Part shown: piece by piece, positions 11,188-23,762 of the stretch | Layout: each line of letters starts with the position of its first letter | Numbering within the stretch: position 1 is the first letter of the stretch | Source of the DNA: Mobula hypostoma | Taxonomy: Eukaryota | Reading direction: 5' to 3' | DNA: 64,000 nucleotides | Assembly (NCBI RefSeq): GCF_963921235.1 | Contig: NC_086108.1 | Coordinates: 8,246,001 to 8,310,000 of the forward strand | Translations under genes and position numbers: made by a program | Notes under the pieces: model-generated | What the model was told of the DNA's origin: nothing | Databases searched by the model: none | The model's input: only the letters and a program-made list of their open reading frames with translations

Positions 11188-13365
11188 CGCACAAAATGCT
11201 GGAGGAACTCAGCAGGTCAGGCAGCGTCTTTGGAAATGAATAAACAGTCGACATTTCGGGCTGAGACCCTCCTTCAGGTCTGGAAAGGAAGGGAGAAGAT
11301 GCCAGAATAAAAATGTGAGGGGAGGGGAAGGAGGATAGCGAGAAGGTGACTGGTGAAACTGGGTGGATGGCAAAGATAAAGGGCTGGAGAGGAAGGAATC
11401 TGAGAGGAGAGGACAAGTTTGCTGATGATACAAAGATTGGAGGTGTAGTAGACAGTGAGGAAGGTTTTCAGAGTCTGCAGAGGGACTTGGACCAGCTGGA
11501 AAAATGGGCTGAAAAATGGCAGATGGAGTATAATACTGACAAGTGTGAGGTATTGCATGTTGGAAGGACAAACCAACGTAGAACATACAGGGTTAATGGT
11601 AAGGCACTGAGGAGTGCAGTGGAACAGAGGGATCTGGGAATACAGATACAAAATTCCCTAAAAGTGGCGTCACAGGTAGGTAGGGTCGTAAAGAGAGCTT
11701 TTGGTGCATTGGCCTTTATTAATCAAAGTATTGAGTATAAGAGCTGGAATGTTATGATGACATTGTATAAGGCATTGGTGAGGTCGAATCTGGAGTATTG
11801 TGTTCAGTTTTGGTCACCAAATTACAGGAAGGATATAAATAAGGTTGAAAGAGTGCAGAGAAGGTTTACAAGGATATTGCCGGGACTTGAGAAACTCAGT
11901 TACAGAGAAAGGTTGAATAGGTTGGGACTTTATTCCCTGGAGCGTAGAAGAATGAGGGGAGATTTGATAGAGGTATATAAAATTATGATGGGTATAGATA
12001 GAATGAATGCAAGCAGGCTTTTTCCACTGAGGCAAGGGGAGAAAAAAAACAGAGGACATGGGTTAAGGGTGAGGGGGGAAAAGTTTAAAGGGAACATTAG
12101 GGGGGGCTTCTTCACACAGAGAGTGGTGGGAGTATGGAATGAGCTGCCAGACGAGGTGCTAAGTGCGGGTTCTTTTTTAACATTTAAGAATAAATTGGAC
12201 AGATACATGGATGGGAGGTGTATGGAGGGATATGGTCTGTGTGCAGGTCAGTGGGACAAGGCAGAAAATGGTTCGGCACAGCCAAGAAGGGCCAAAAGGC
12301 CTGTTTCTGTGCTGTAGTTTCTATGGTTTCTATGGACAGTGGACCATTGGAGAAGGGGAAGGGGAATGGGATGCAGGGAGAGCTGCTAGGCAGTTGAGGA
12401 CGGGTAAGAAGCTAGAGTGGGAACTAGAAGAAGAAATGCGTTGGGGGGGGGTGGAATTTTTGTTCACCAGAAGGAGAAATCAATATTCATGCCGTCAGGT
12501 TGGAGGCTACCCAAATGGATTACAAAGTGTAGCTCCTTCACCAAGGGTGGTCTCATCATGCCACAAGATGAGGTCATGAACCGACATGTTGGCACAGGAA
12601 TGGGAATTAAAATGTTTGGCCACCGGGAAGTCCCACTTGTGGCGATGGACCAGAGGTGCTCAATGAAGCGGTCCCCCAATTTACGACTGGTCTCACCAAT
12701 GTAGAGAAGGCCACATCAGGAGCACCGGACACAACAGACGACCCCAGCAGATTCGCAGGTGAAGTGTTGCCTCACCTGGAAGGGCTGCCTGGGGCCCTGA
12801 ATGGAGGTGAGTGGACAGGTGTAGAAGTTAGGCTGCTTGCTGGGATAAGTGCCGGGAGGGAAATTAGTGGGAAGGGACTAATGGACAAGGGAATCACCGG
12901 GGTGGGGTGGGGAAGTAAAGATATGTTTAGTGGTAGGATCTGTTTGGAGATGGCAGAGGTTGTGGAGGCTCATGGCGTGGTAAGCAATGACAAGAGGAAC
13001 TCTATCACTATTGAGGTAGCAGGAAGGTGGGGTGAGTGTGGATGTCTGGGAAATGGAGGAGCTGTGCGTGAGGACAGCATCAATGGTGGAGGAAGGAACC
13101 TCATTCTTTCAAGAAAGAGGACATCTCTGACGTGGGAACAGATGTGGCAGAGGCGAAGGAAGTGAGAAAAGGGAATGACATTTTTCCAGGAGACGGGGTG
13201 GGAAGGGGTGTGTGTAGTCGTTAACTGTGGGAATCAGTAGGTTTATAAAAGGTGTCAGTAGGCAGTTTGTCTCCAGAGATGGAGAGAGAAATCGAGAAAG
13301 GGGAGGGAGGTGTCAGAGATAGATCAAGTGAATTTAAGGGCAGGGAGGAAGTTAGAGGCAAATTT
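11188..13365 (-). mobile_element. Penelope (Neptune-like) element 3' half, interrupted by a CR1 insertion
   Basis: Minus-strand HLGSLQPDGMNIDFS end, GIY-YIG-like region near 12690-12780, pseudo-LTR with hammerhead remnant at 11245-11282. Confidence 0.8.
11416..12333 (+). mobile_element. Young 5'-truncated CR1 insertion with open ORF2 C-terminus
   Basis: KFADDTKIGG...LQRDLD.L..WA.KWQM...; about 300 codons without a stop; TTTCTATG-type tail; flanked by GGACA at 11411-11415 and 12334-12338. Confidence 0.93.
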
Positions 13366-13884
13366 GTAGTAATTTACATGCTTAATGTGCTGGATTTTCA
13401 GGAGAGGGAGAAACTGTCCTCCTAATATCCAATACGGGATATAAGGGATATGGAGTCAGGGCAGTCCACACCAATACAACAACAACCTTGATGTTATTTA
13501 ACAGAACAGCAAAGAGGGGCAGAATGGCCCTCTATTCTACTTCCACATTACAAATACTTAAACACCCAAACCCAAGTGCCCATTACCATATTCAGCAGTA
13601 AGGGTCAATAAAACTGAGAGGGCAAGCATGCATTTGAGAGACGCGACACTGCCTGGGTCCAAACAGCCTCCAGCACACTGAACCTCACATCCGGTCTTTT
13701 GTGGACAACTTGCCTTTGATAGCTGGCTCAAACCCTGGCAAGGATGAGAAACCACAAACCACAGGAGAATAAATTGCAAGGACACTGAACTGAATTGCAC
13801 AGGGAGTCATTTATTTTGAGACCACTGTGGATGTTTTCACTTCGGCCAGCAAAACCGTGAAATCAGGAGTTTTCACAAAAAATC

Positions 13885-14580
13885 TGGTTAATTGGGACAC
13901 ATCGGGACCAGTACATTTTGGCCCAATTAGGTGGCTACCCCAATCAGCCAGTTTCATGGAAATAGATAAAAAGGTATAAAAAGACAAACTACAGTTAAAC
14001 TGAGTAACAAATTATGTGTTTAAATGAAATACCAGACAAATTAGAGCACTACCAATACTCCTACAATACTATAAAACTGTATATTGGTTCCTAATAGTTA
14101 TCGACTGAGGAATTCATCCTTTGTACATTGCCATGTTCTTTTGATTGACTGTGAATGAATAAAATCATTGCAGACATCTAGGGTAGATAACAGATTGCCT
14201 TCATACAATGCTTCAATTATTTCATCCTTGAAATCTTCATTTTCATTGTAACATTCAAGATAATTGTCAATATCTTCAAATTCTTCGTAGTTCCTAAACG
14301 TAGTGAAGTCGTTTAATTTTCACTCCCACCCATTACTGGCATCGCCAAGCATGAATGCTTGAAACCCCAGGGAGCAAAACAGTTCTGAATTGCCTTACTG
14401 CTAATTTCTCACCAAATATCAGTGACAAAAATTACTGCTTTTTTAACACAGACACACGCAACTAACACTATTTTAAAAACAATTGCTCCAAGCACAGTGT
14501 AGTGTCTAACAACCGCACAAGCACACGTGACTGACTCTAGTTAGGAACTGTTTGGCAACAGTCTCCTGTCCCAACTGAAG
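13885..14580. mobile_element. pogo/Tigger-like DNA transposon remnant
   Basis: GTTAATTGGGACAC/GGCCCAATTA subterminal motifs; minus-strand acidic NYEEFEDIDNYLECYNENED resembles a pogo transposase C-terminus. Confidence 0.45.
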
Positions 14581-14617
14581 TTCAAAGTTCAATGTTCATT
14601 TATTATCAAAGTATGTA

Positions 14618-15140
14618 CTGTACCATGCAAATATCTCAGGCAGATATATACAGTTTGGGTGCCTAAGACTTTTGCCCTTTTACAGTACTGCAGTAATTTT
14701 GTGTATTGCATTATACTGCTGCCGTAAAGAAAAAGAAATTTCATACATAAGTGAGTGATGATAAACCTCATTTGGATATGGGTCTTTATTGTGGACTGAG
14801 AGTGGGAAGGGGACAGGGAGAGGGGAATCATGGTTGTGAAAAGGGGAAGGGAGAGGGAAGCACCAGAGAGACATTCTGTAATGATCAATAAGCCAATTAT
14901 TTGGAATCAAATGACCTTGCCTGGTGTCTCAGGGCTGGGTGTGTCTGCACCCACACCACCCCCAGCCCTGGCACTCCTTCTCTGCCACCTGTCCCACACC
15001 CCTCCTGCGCCAGCCCTCCCTCACCATTCCCAACATCCTCTGCTCCCACTAGACTGCTCCACACTAACAAATATAGTACCGTGGAAAAGTTTTAGGCACC
15101 CCAGCTATACATACATATGCCTAAGTCTTCACACTGTATA
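14618..15140 (+). repeat. Composite repeat: tiny Tc1-like MITE, LINE-like tail and unique body
   Basis: GTGCCTAAGACTTTTGC..CAGTACTG TIR-like motif; body repeated at 24395-24715 (-) and partly at 110-240. Confidence 0.55.
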
Positions 15141-16873
15141 TAACCTGTATATACTTCATACAGTATACAACCTTGAGATTCAACTTCTTATAGGCAGCCT
15201 CAAAACTGAGAAACATAAATAGAAACTGCTTAAAGGAAAACTCCCACACAACAAAGGCCATCGAACACCCAGCGTGCGAAAAAAGAACAAATTGTGCAAG
15301 TGATAAAAGGCAAACAAACAGCATTAACTGCAGAGCCCCCAAAAGTGAGTGGACAGTCATGGAGCTGCTGAGGTGAGTGGAGCCAGTCCAGGATCCCCAT
15401 GGCTGCTGACAAGTTCAGCACAGAGGTGAGAGACACGACCGAAGGCCTGAGGTATGGGGGCGCGGCTTATCCTCCTCGTCAAAAGCCGCTCCCGTTGTGA
15501 TTGGTCAGTTTAGAAACTGCAGCTGCTCTTCCCATTGGTCCAGGAGCCCAATGGCCGCAGGGCAACAGCTGCTCCCGAACCGGGTGCCGTAGGACCCAAG
15601 ACTCCGACACCTCCTGCCCAACAGCAGCAGCAGGGAGAAGAGAGGGGACCAGTCAAATGCAGTCAGACAGTGCTGAACACCTGCTCGTTCGCTTTCCACT
15701 CTCGTCCTTGACAATTTCAATCTTGCTCGACGCTTTAATCGATGCACATTGGAGCCAACTGCGGGTTCCTGTTCTGCCATGAGGAATCAACGCAGCCACC
15801 CCAAGCGATGGCTGCTGCATTCTCCGCTCTCATCCACGCCGGATCTAACAGGAAATTGCAAAAGCGCCATTTTGTTTAGTCAGCTTAAAAGGGAAATTAC
15901 AGACTGCAGTCAGCGGCAGTATAAGAGAAAGAAGTATACTTAGAAAAAGAGAATCCAGAGATCTTGTAAGCTGCCTGCAAGATTGGTCGCTGGCGCCATC
16001 TTGCCTGTACCACCATAGTGTCCCAAATAAATGAAAGGAATCCTCACTGCTCCTGAAGAAAGGTCCTTCCATTCAAAAGGACTCTCTCTCCCTCTCGCTC
16101 AATGCCATTGGAGGATGGTGCCGGAGAAAATAGGTCTTGGGCAAGGTTTAATCAGCGTGGATTGTGGACTGGACTCTTTAGTTCACATTATGATGTGCTT
16201 CTGGTCACTATTTTCGGTGATATTAAATCGTGGCAGCCTGCAGATACCAAACTGAACATGCCTGGACTCTTTCAGTTTTGTGCTTTATATTCTGTGTTTT
16301 TCACTCATTTCTTTTATCTGTTTGCATAATTTGCTTTTTTTGTGAATGAGGGTGGGGGTTGATGTTTTTCTTTGAATGAGTTCCATGGGGTTTTCTTTGT
16401 TTCATGACCGTCTGTGGGGAAGACAAATCTCAGGGTTGTATACTGCATACATAATTTGGTGATAAATGTACTTTCATTCTTTGGATTCCCAGCTATTTTC
16501 TCAATTAGTTTTTGGTCTTTAAGAGCTGTTAACCAATGGCTTAATTAACCAGAATCCATTGTGTACAGTTTCTTCAATCAATATGGAGAGCTCAGGAAGG
16601 TAGGCATTGATCCAAGCAAAGAGAAAAAGAAACAAGTCACTCTAACCAGTTGATGGGTTCTGGTGGTTGGGTCATTTGGCTAGATAAACATGTTTCCAGC
16701 TAGACTTCAAACTGTTAATTGTTTCACTTCACCCAGACCTTACGTCATTCAGTTTTTATTTCAGATTTCCAGCATCTGCGACTTCAATGTCAACAAAAGT
16801 GGTAGTCGTTGACTTCTGGAAGGTGGTAGGACAGCGCACATGCTCCTGTCTACATCAACCATGCTGAGGTTAT

Positions 16874-17285
16874 GGGTGGTGGGGTGGAGATATGTCTCTA
16901 CCACAGGAGGTGCAAGACACTCCTACCCTCTGCTAGCCTGCAGAGCAGCCTTGGGTGAGGTGTAGCACTGCTTAGCAACTCCACCCCCCCACCCCGATCA
17001 GGGTCACGTGAAGCCATGGGAGCAGGTGGTGGATGGTCGTATGAGCAGCTGGTGCGTATCGCAAGTCCTGGTTATGTGACCACTGACACCAGGCAGACAA
17101 TCTCTGAAGAGTGTTGATAATGGCCGGGGTCACCCGTCTTGTAAAGACACTGCCCAGAAGAAGGCAATGGCAAAGCACTTCTGTCAAAAAATTTGCCAAG
17201 AACAATCATGGTCATGGAAAGAGAAAAGAATAAGCAGATGGAAGACAGATGGAAAGACCATGAACACCCATGTCATACGACAGGG
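16874..17285 (+). mobile_element. SINE-like element with RTE-type 3' part
   Basis: Homologous to 2120-2495 and 43707-44065. Confidence 0.65.
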
Positions 17286-18454
17286 AACGTATTAAATGAA
17301 GTGCTGAGGTCGGGAGGGTTGAGAACTTGAAGTTCCTGGGTTGAATATTACCAATAGCCTGGCCTGGTGTAAGCAGGTGGATGGCAGAGCCAACGTATCT
17401 CACCAGCATCTCAGGAGGCCAAAGGTGCGATGCAAAGTAAAAAAGGGGCCGAGGCGAAGAAAAGTCAAACTGAAGCAGTTTCAGAGCCTGTCCACCTAAA
17501 CCAAGAGTGAGATCTGAGTGCCAAGCCGATTTGGAAGGGTCGAGTACAGGCCAGAACCTGGCAGCGGCTTCGGGGCCCAGAGCGTGTCGATGTGACAGGG
17601 CTCTGGTCTTCGAGTGAGAAACAACCTGCTATTGGGACGATTTAAACGTCGGGACCGGAGGTGAGGGTCAGGCCAGTTCTGCTCGTTGCTCCATGATGTT
17701 TGCTCCTCTCTCCACTACACCGAGGCTGAGGCTCCGGGCCTGCTCTGGGCTTCCTGTCTGCAAGCTCCACAGTGTGATGAACTGAGGCCGAGGCCCCAGG
17801 CTGTGGGCCTGCTCTGGGCTTCGTGTCTATGGACGCACTTTATTTCTGAATAAATTTATTGCTGTTGCTTGCATTGTTTGCACGATTTGTGTTTTTTTTC
17901 TTCTCTCTCTCTCTCTCTATTGGCTGATTAGTCCTTTTACTTGTGGGTTCTTTTGTTTTGGGTTTCTTTTGTTGTGGCTGCCTGTCAGGAGATGAATCTC
18001 AAGGTTGTATAATGTAAACATACTTTGAACTTTGAATTTGACATATTTCTTTCTGCAATTTCAGCATAGAATTCATCCTCTCAGGTTATGTGCCACATCA
18101 TATGACGTGGGTGATCGTGGTCTATGGCCGTGATTGTTCTTGGTCATTTTTTCTACAGAAGTGGTTTGCCATTGCCGCCTCCTGGGTCGTGTTTTATAAT
18201 AGAGGCAGTGTCCCAATATAATAGATTGCAAATCTCAACTTCACATCTACCTATTATGGCCTTCTGGCTTACTTGTACTTCACTTTCTCTGTGGCTATTA
18301 CATTTATCCTGCATCCAGTTATTGCCCACTATCATCAGGAAGGAGGTACAGGAGCATCAGGACTAGGACTGCCAGACTGGGGAACAGCTTCTTCCCTCAG
18401 GCTGAGAGGCTAAAGAAAGCCCTGTCACCACCGAGATCTCATCACTAGAACAGC

Positions 18455-18842
18455 GTTCAGCCTCCACACTGATAGCACGAATATTGATTTCTTTTTCCAG
18501 TTAAAAAAAATCCATCCACCTCCTTCCTTCCTCTAGTTCCCACCCTGACCCTTTTACCTCTCTTCACCTGCCTATTACCTCCCTCCATATACCCACTTCC
18601 TTCCCTTTCTCCTAGGGTCCACTCTCCTCTCCTATCAGATTCCTTCTTCTCCAGCCCTTGACTTTTCCCACCCACTTGGCTTCACCCGTTATCTTCCAGC
18701 CATCCTCCTTCCCCCTCCCTCCACCGTTTTATTCTGATTTCCTCCCCCTTCCTTTCCAGTCCTGATGAAGGTTCTCAGCCCGAAATGTTGACTGTTTATT
18801 TATTTCCATGGATGGGGCCTGACACGCTGAATTCCTCCAGCT
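18455..18842 (+). mobile_element. Penelope 3' end / pseudo-LTR with hammerhead motif
   Basis: CAGTC-CTGATGA-AGGTTCTCAGCCC-GAAA-TG-TT-GACTG at 18757-18794. Confidence 0.75.
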
Positions 18843-18899
18843 GAGTAGGTGTGTGTGAACTTTATTCACAAGAACAAACCATTCAACAACTTCACAGAC

Positions 18900-19200
18900 G
18901 TTGTCAATACTGTTTAAACACTGCTGCTGCTCGCGCCACGCCTTCTTCGCAAGCGCACAGCGTGCGAAGAGGTGAGTTACTGCTTTGCGGGCAGCAGGTT
19001 GTGGGGAAGATGCCCCGGGCATGCAGGAGGGATCTGACTGGGAGGGCCCCTCTCACCCCCAGCCAGGCTAGACCCTGGTGCCTCAGCCCCACTGTATCCT
19101 TCACATCCTTCTCCTCTAGTGTCTGCTGGGCATTCTGTGTTGACCATTGTCTAATGGTCTTGTGGTCAAGGCTATTTGCTTTGGCTTTCCAGAATCTCTT
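18900..19200 (-). mobile_element. Tx1/L1-clade LINE ORF2 C-terminal fragment
   Basis: LRHQGLAWLGVRGALPVRSLLHARGI...CP and VTHLFARCALAKKAWREQ (zinc-knuckle region). Confidence 0.7.
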
Positions 19201-19219
19201 GTGGTGATGATTAGAGAAG

Positions 19220-19460
19220 TCAGTAGCGTAATGGTTAACAGAACACTTTACAGCACAGGTGACCCGGGTTCAATTCCCTCCACTGCCTGTAAGGAGTTTG
19301 TATGTTCTCCCCATGACTGTGTGGGCTTCCTCCCACAAGACATACCAGTTGGTCACTGTAAATCATTCTGTGATTTGGCTAGGATTAACTCAGAAGATTG
19401 CTGGGCAATATACCTGAAAGGTATAGTAAGGGCCTATTCTGGGCTGCGTCTCCATAATAA
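19220..19460 (+). mobile_element. tRNA-headed SINE
   Basis: TAGCGTAATGGTTA box-A-like and GGTTCAATTCC box-B-like head; conserved body. Confidence 0.7.
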
Positions 19461-20064
19461 ATTTACTGTTCTGTTAACCTGTGCTGTGCACTACATACAT
19501 CTTGAATTATGTTTTGTTCACTTATTTACAGAGATAGCCTGGCTTATGTCCTGCCTAGTGGGTACGCCGTGACTGGAAGGAACATTGTTTCGTTTGGTTG
19601 TATATATGTACAGTCAGATGATAACAAACTTGAGCTTAACTTTGTTCGACCTCAATGTACTGTGTGTACTGATCTGATCTGTATGAACAGTTTTCCAGCC
19701 AAACTTTTCACTTTCTCTTGGACATATGACAATAATAAATCAGTTTTACCAACTTTGATTTCTCTTGGGTTCTGACCAGAAGATTTTATTTAAGATGAAT
19801 CATTTATTCTCACATTCTCCAGGGCCTCCTGAGGCTGGACACAGAGATACCAGATTGCAACATTACCCTGGGGAAGGCCTTAGAGTGATTGTGACAGACA
19901 AATGCCATAGATTTGATTCCACAGATAATCGACTCTGGAAGAAGGCAACCAGCATGGACACACTGACTGAAGAGTGCAATTTCTATGAGACGTTTACGTA
20001 GGTATTTCACATAACGAAGGAGATATATGATTTATAATAGAAAGAAAGAAAACAATGGCTTTCA

Positions 20065-20880
20065 TCAACACAAGAAAATCTGCAGATGCTATAAATCCAA
20101 AGCAACACATACAAAATGCTGGAGGAACAGCGTCCATGGAGATGAATAAACAGTCGACAACTCAGGCCGAGACACTGCTTCAGGACTGAGAAGGAAGGGA
20201 GAAGACGCCAAAATAAAATGGTGGGGAAAGGAAGGAGGCTAGTTAGAAGGAGATAGGTGAAGCAAGATGGCTGAGAAAGGGAAAGGGCTGGAGAGGGGGG
20301 AATCTGATAGGGGAGGAGAGTGGACCATAGGAGAAAGGGAAGGAGGAAGGGACCCACAGGGAAGTAATAGGCAGGTGAGAAGAAGTGAAAGGTCAGAGTG
20401 GGGAATAGAGGAGTGGGGGGGGGGGGAGAGTAGATTAGTTCACTGGAAGGAGAAATCGATATTCATACCATCAGGTTGGAGGCTACCCAGACAGAATACA
20501 AGGTGTTGCTCCTCCACCCTGAGGGTGGCCTCGTCTTGGCACAAGAGACCATAGATCGACACACCGGAAGGGGAATGGGAATAGGAATTAAAATGTCTGG
20601 CCACTGGGAAGTCCCACTTGCGGCAGATGGTGCGGAGGGGCTCGACGAAGTGGTCCCTGATTTACGACGGGCCTCGCCAACGTAGAGGAGGCCGCATTGG
20701 GAGCACTGGACACGATAGACGACGCCAGCAAATTCACAGGTTGAGTGTTCCCTCACCTGGAAGGACAGTCTGGGGCACCGAATGGAGGTGAGGGAGGTGT
20801 GAATGGGCAGGTGTAGCACTGAGGCCGCTTAGAGGGGATAAGTGCCAGGAGGGAGATTAGGGGGAAGGATAAATGGATAG
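20065..20880 (-). mobile_element. Penelope (Neptune-like) 3' fragment
   Basis: SFQVREHSTCEFAGVVYRVQCSQCGLLYVGEARRK GIY-YIG motif plus pseudo-LTR. Confidence 0.85.
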
Positions 20881-21411
20881 GGGCAAGTAAAGACAAACAT
20901 TATATAGAATAAATGTAATTAAACATACAAAATCATATAATTAACTTCACCAAGCATTAAGAAATTCTATAAGTAGGCTGAATTAATAAAGTAGGTTTAT
21001 TAATAAGAGTTTTGAAATGTTCCACAGTACTACCCTGGCCTATCTCACTCATAGAAGAGAATAGGCCCTTCAGCCCACAATGTTGTGCCAAACCAGCTAA
21101 AAAGCAAATCAAAAACACACAAATACTAATCCCTCCTACCTACACAATGTCCATATCCCTCCACCTTCCTCACATCCATGTGCCCATCGAAACATGTCTT
21201 AAAAGCCTCTGATGTACTTGACCCTACCACCAAACCAGGCAGCACATTCCAGCACCCACCACTCTCTAAGAAACTTACCCCTCAGTCCCCCCTTAACCTA
21301 CCCCCTCTCACCTTCAATTCGTGCCCTCTGGTATTAGACATTTCTACCCTGCCAGGTTTTGATGCACAAGAACAAAAGGCTGCAATACTGTTAGAATCAG
21401 GTTTAAAATCA

Positions 21412-22115
21412 CAAACAAGAGAAAATCTGCAGATGCGGGAAATCCGCGCAACACACACAACACGCTGGAGGAACTCAGCAGGTCAGACAGCGTCTGTGGA
21501 GGAGAGTAAACAGTCAATTTTTCGGGCCCAGACACTTCATCAGGACTGGAGAAAAAAAGATGAGAAGCCACATTAAGAAGGTTGTGGGGTTGGGGGAGAG
21601 GTGAAACTGGGAAAGGGAGAGGAGTGAAGTAAAGAGCCAGGAAGTGAAATGGTGAAAGAGATAAAGGACGAGAGAAGTATGGAAGAAAGGGAAGGGGGAG
21701 GAGCACCAGAGGGAGGTGATGGGCAGGTAAGGAGATAAGGTGACAGAGGGATATGGGAATGGAACGTTGAAGGGGGGGCAATTACAGAAAGTTCAAAAAA
21801 ATCGATGTTCATGCCATTAAGTTGGAGGCTACCCAGATGTTGTTCCTCCAACCTGAGTGTGGCCTCATCACGATATAGAGGAGGCCACACCGGGAGCACC
21901 GGATGCAATAGATGACCCCAACAGACTCACAAGTGAGGTGTCGCCTCACCTGGAAGGACGGTTTGGGAGTGAGGGAGAAGGTGTAGGGGCAGGTGTGGCA
22001 TTTGTTCTGCTTGCAAGGGCAAGTACCAGGAGGGAGATCAGCGAGGAGGGAGAAATGGACAAGGGAAAACTGAAAGTGGGAGGGGAGGGAAAGATGTGCT
22101 TTGTGGTGGGATCCC
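21412..22115 (-). mobile_element. Penelope (Neptune-like) 3' fragment with hammerhead
   Basis: PCKQNKCHTCP...SFQVRRHLTCESVGVIYCIRCSRCGLLYI; hammerhead core at 21511-21548. Confidence 0.85.
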
Positions 22116-22445
22116 ATGGCGGAGGAAGGAATCTAAGGGGATGAACAGTGCAAAAATGATGACAATTAACTTAAAACCTGAATTACAAATTGATGCTAAA
22201 TATTAATCTTTGCCAACAATAAACAAGATCGTTTTGAAAGCACAGATAGCAGGCAGACCACAGTGAGAGGAAACACACTGACATTTACTGCAACGGTGGA
22301 ATTTATGAGGCCAACGTTCTGACTTGTCGGTGGTTCCTGCCAGCCTGCTAGGTTGTAAATGGCTGCAGATGGCAGAGACTTTCTGGTTAATGAAAGGGAG
22401 ACACAGCACAGGAGTTAGACCAAACTGAACTGAGCTGTGACCAAC

Positions 22446-23483
22446 TGGGGGGGGGGAGAGAAGGGGCAGGGGGAGAGAGGGGCAGAATGGGTGGGGGGGA
22501 GAGAGAGGGGCAGAAGGGGGGAGGGAGAGAGGAGGGGGAGGGAGAGAGGAGGGGAGGAGGGAGAGGGGGGAGGAGGGAGAGAGGGGGGAGGAGGGAGAGA
22601 GGGGGGAGGAGGGAGAGAGGGGGAGGAGGGAGAGAGGGGGGAGGAGGGAGAGGGGGGAGGAGGGGAGGAGGGGAAGAGGGGGAGAGAGGGGGGAGAGGGG
22701 GGAGAGAGGGGGAGAGAGGGGGAGAGAGGGGGAGAGAGGGGGGAGAGAGGGGGAGAGAGGGGGAGAGAGGGGGGAGAGAGGGGGGAGAGAGGGGGGAGAG
22801 AGGGGGGAGAGAGAGGGGGGAGAGAGGGGGGAGAGAGGGGGGAGGAGGGAGAGAGAGAGGGGGGAGAGGGGGGAGAGAGAGGGGGGAGAGAGAGGGGGGG
22901 AGAGAGAGGGGGGAGAGAGAGAGGGGGAGGAGAGAGGGGGGAGAGAGAGAGGGGGGAGAGAGAGAGGGGGAGAGAGAGAGGGGGGAGAGAGAGAGGGGGG
23001 GAGAGAGAGAGGGGGAGAGAGAGAGGGGGGAGAGAGAGAGGGGGAGAGAGAGAGGGGGGAGAGAGAGAGGGGGGAGAGAGAGAGGGGGGAGGGAGAGAGG
23101 GGGGAGGGAGAGAGGGGGGAGGGAGAGAGGGGGAGGGAGAGAGGGGGGAGGGAGAGAGGGGGGAGGGAGAGAGGGGGGAGGGAGAGGGGGGAGGGAGAGA
23201 GGGGGGAGGGAGAGAGGGGGGAGGGAGAGAGGGGGGAGGAAGAGAGGGGGGAGGAAGAGAGGAGGGGGGAGGGAGAGAGGGGGGGAGGAAGAGAGGAGTG
23301 GGAGGAGAGGAGGGGGAGGGGGAGCGAAGGGGAAGAGAAAGAGGGCAGACAGAAGGGGCAGGCAGGGCACGTGGGGTAAAGTGGGGGCAAGGTGGGAAGG
23401 GAGGGGGTGGGGGGGAAGTAGCAGGGGGAAGGGAGGGGAGGTGGGGGGAAGTAGCAGGGGGAAGGGAGGGGAGGTGGAGGGGG
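22446..23483 (+). repeat. Polypurine (G/A) low-complexity tract
   Basis: About 1 kb of GnAGAG-type units; no pyrimidine seen between 22512 and 23298. Confidence 0.97.
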
Positions 23484-23494
23484 AATGGTGGGAC

Positions 23495-23762
23495 AGCGAA
23501 GAAACGGTCCATCTGGCCCTTCAAGCCGCCCCCCCCCCCACCATCAATCTCCTGATTTAACCTTAGCCTAATAATGGGACAATCCACAATGACCAATTAA
23601 CCGACCAACCAGCACATCTTTGGACTATGGGAGGAAACCAGAGCACCCGGAGGAAACCCACATGGTGACGGGAAGAACGTACACACTCCTTGCTAGCAGC
23701 GGTGGGAATTGAACCCAGGTCACTGGTACTATAAAGCATTGTGCTCAGCACTACCTGCCATG
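23495..23762 (-). mobile_element. tRNA-headed SINE
   Basis: Minus-strand GGTTCAATTCC box B; body GGAGGAAACCAGAGCACCCGGAGGAAACCCAC. Confidence 0.75.

Noticed and set aside
11346..12317. 323-aa ORF as a host gene
   Set aside because: It is a truncated CR1 ORF2; the first ~23 codons come from antisense Penelope sequence
19765..20001. Possible plus-strand exon after TTCTCCAG
   Set aside because: The peptide is not recognisable and there is no supporting neighbouring exon
22203..23596. Five long ORFs of 327-395 aa (Pro/Leu/Ser- or Gly/Glu/Arg-rich)
   Set aside because: Artefacts of the stop-free polypurine tract
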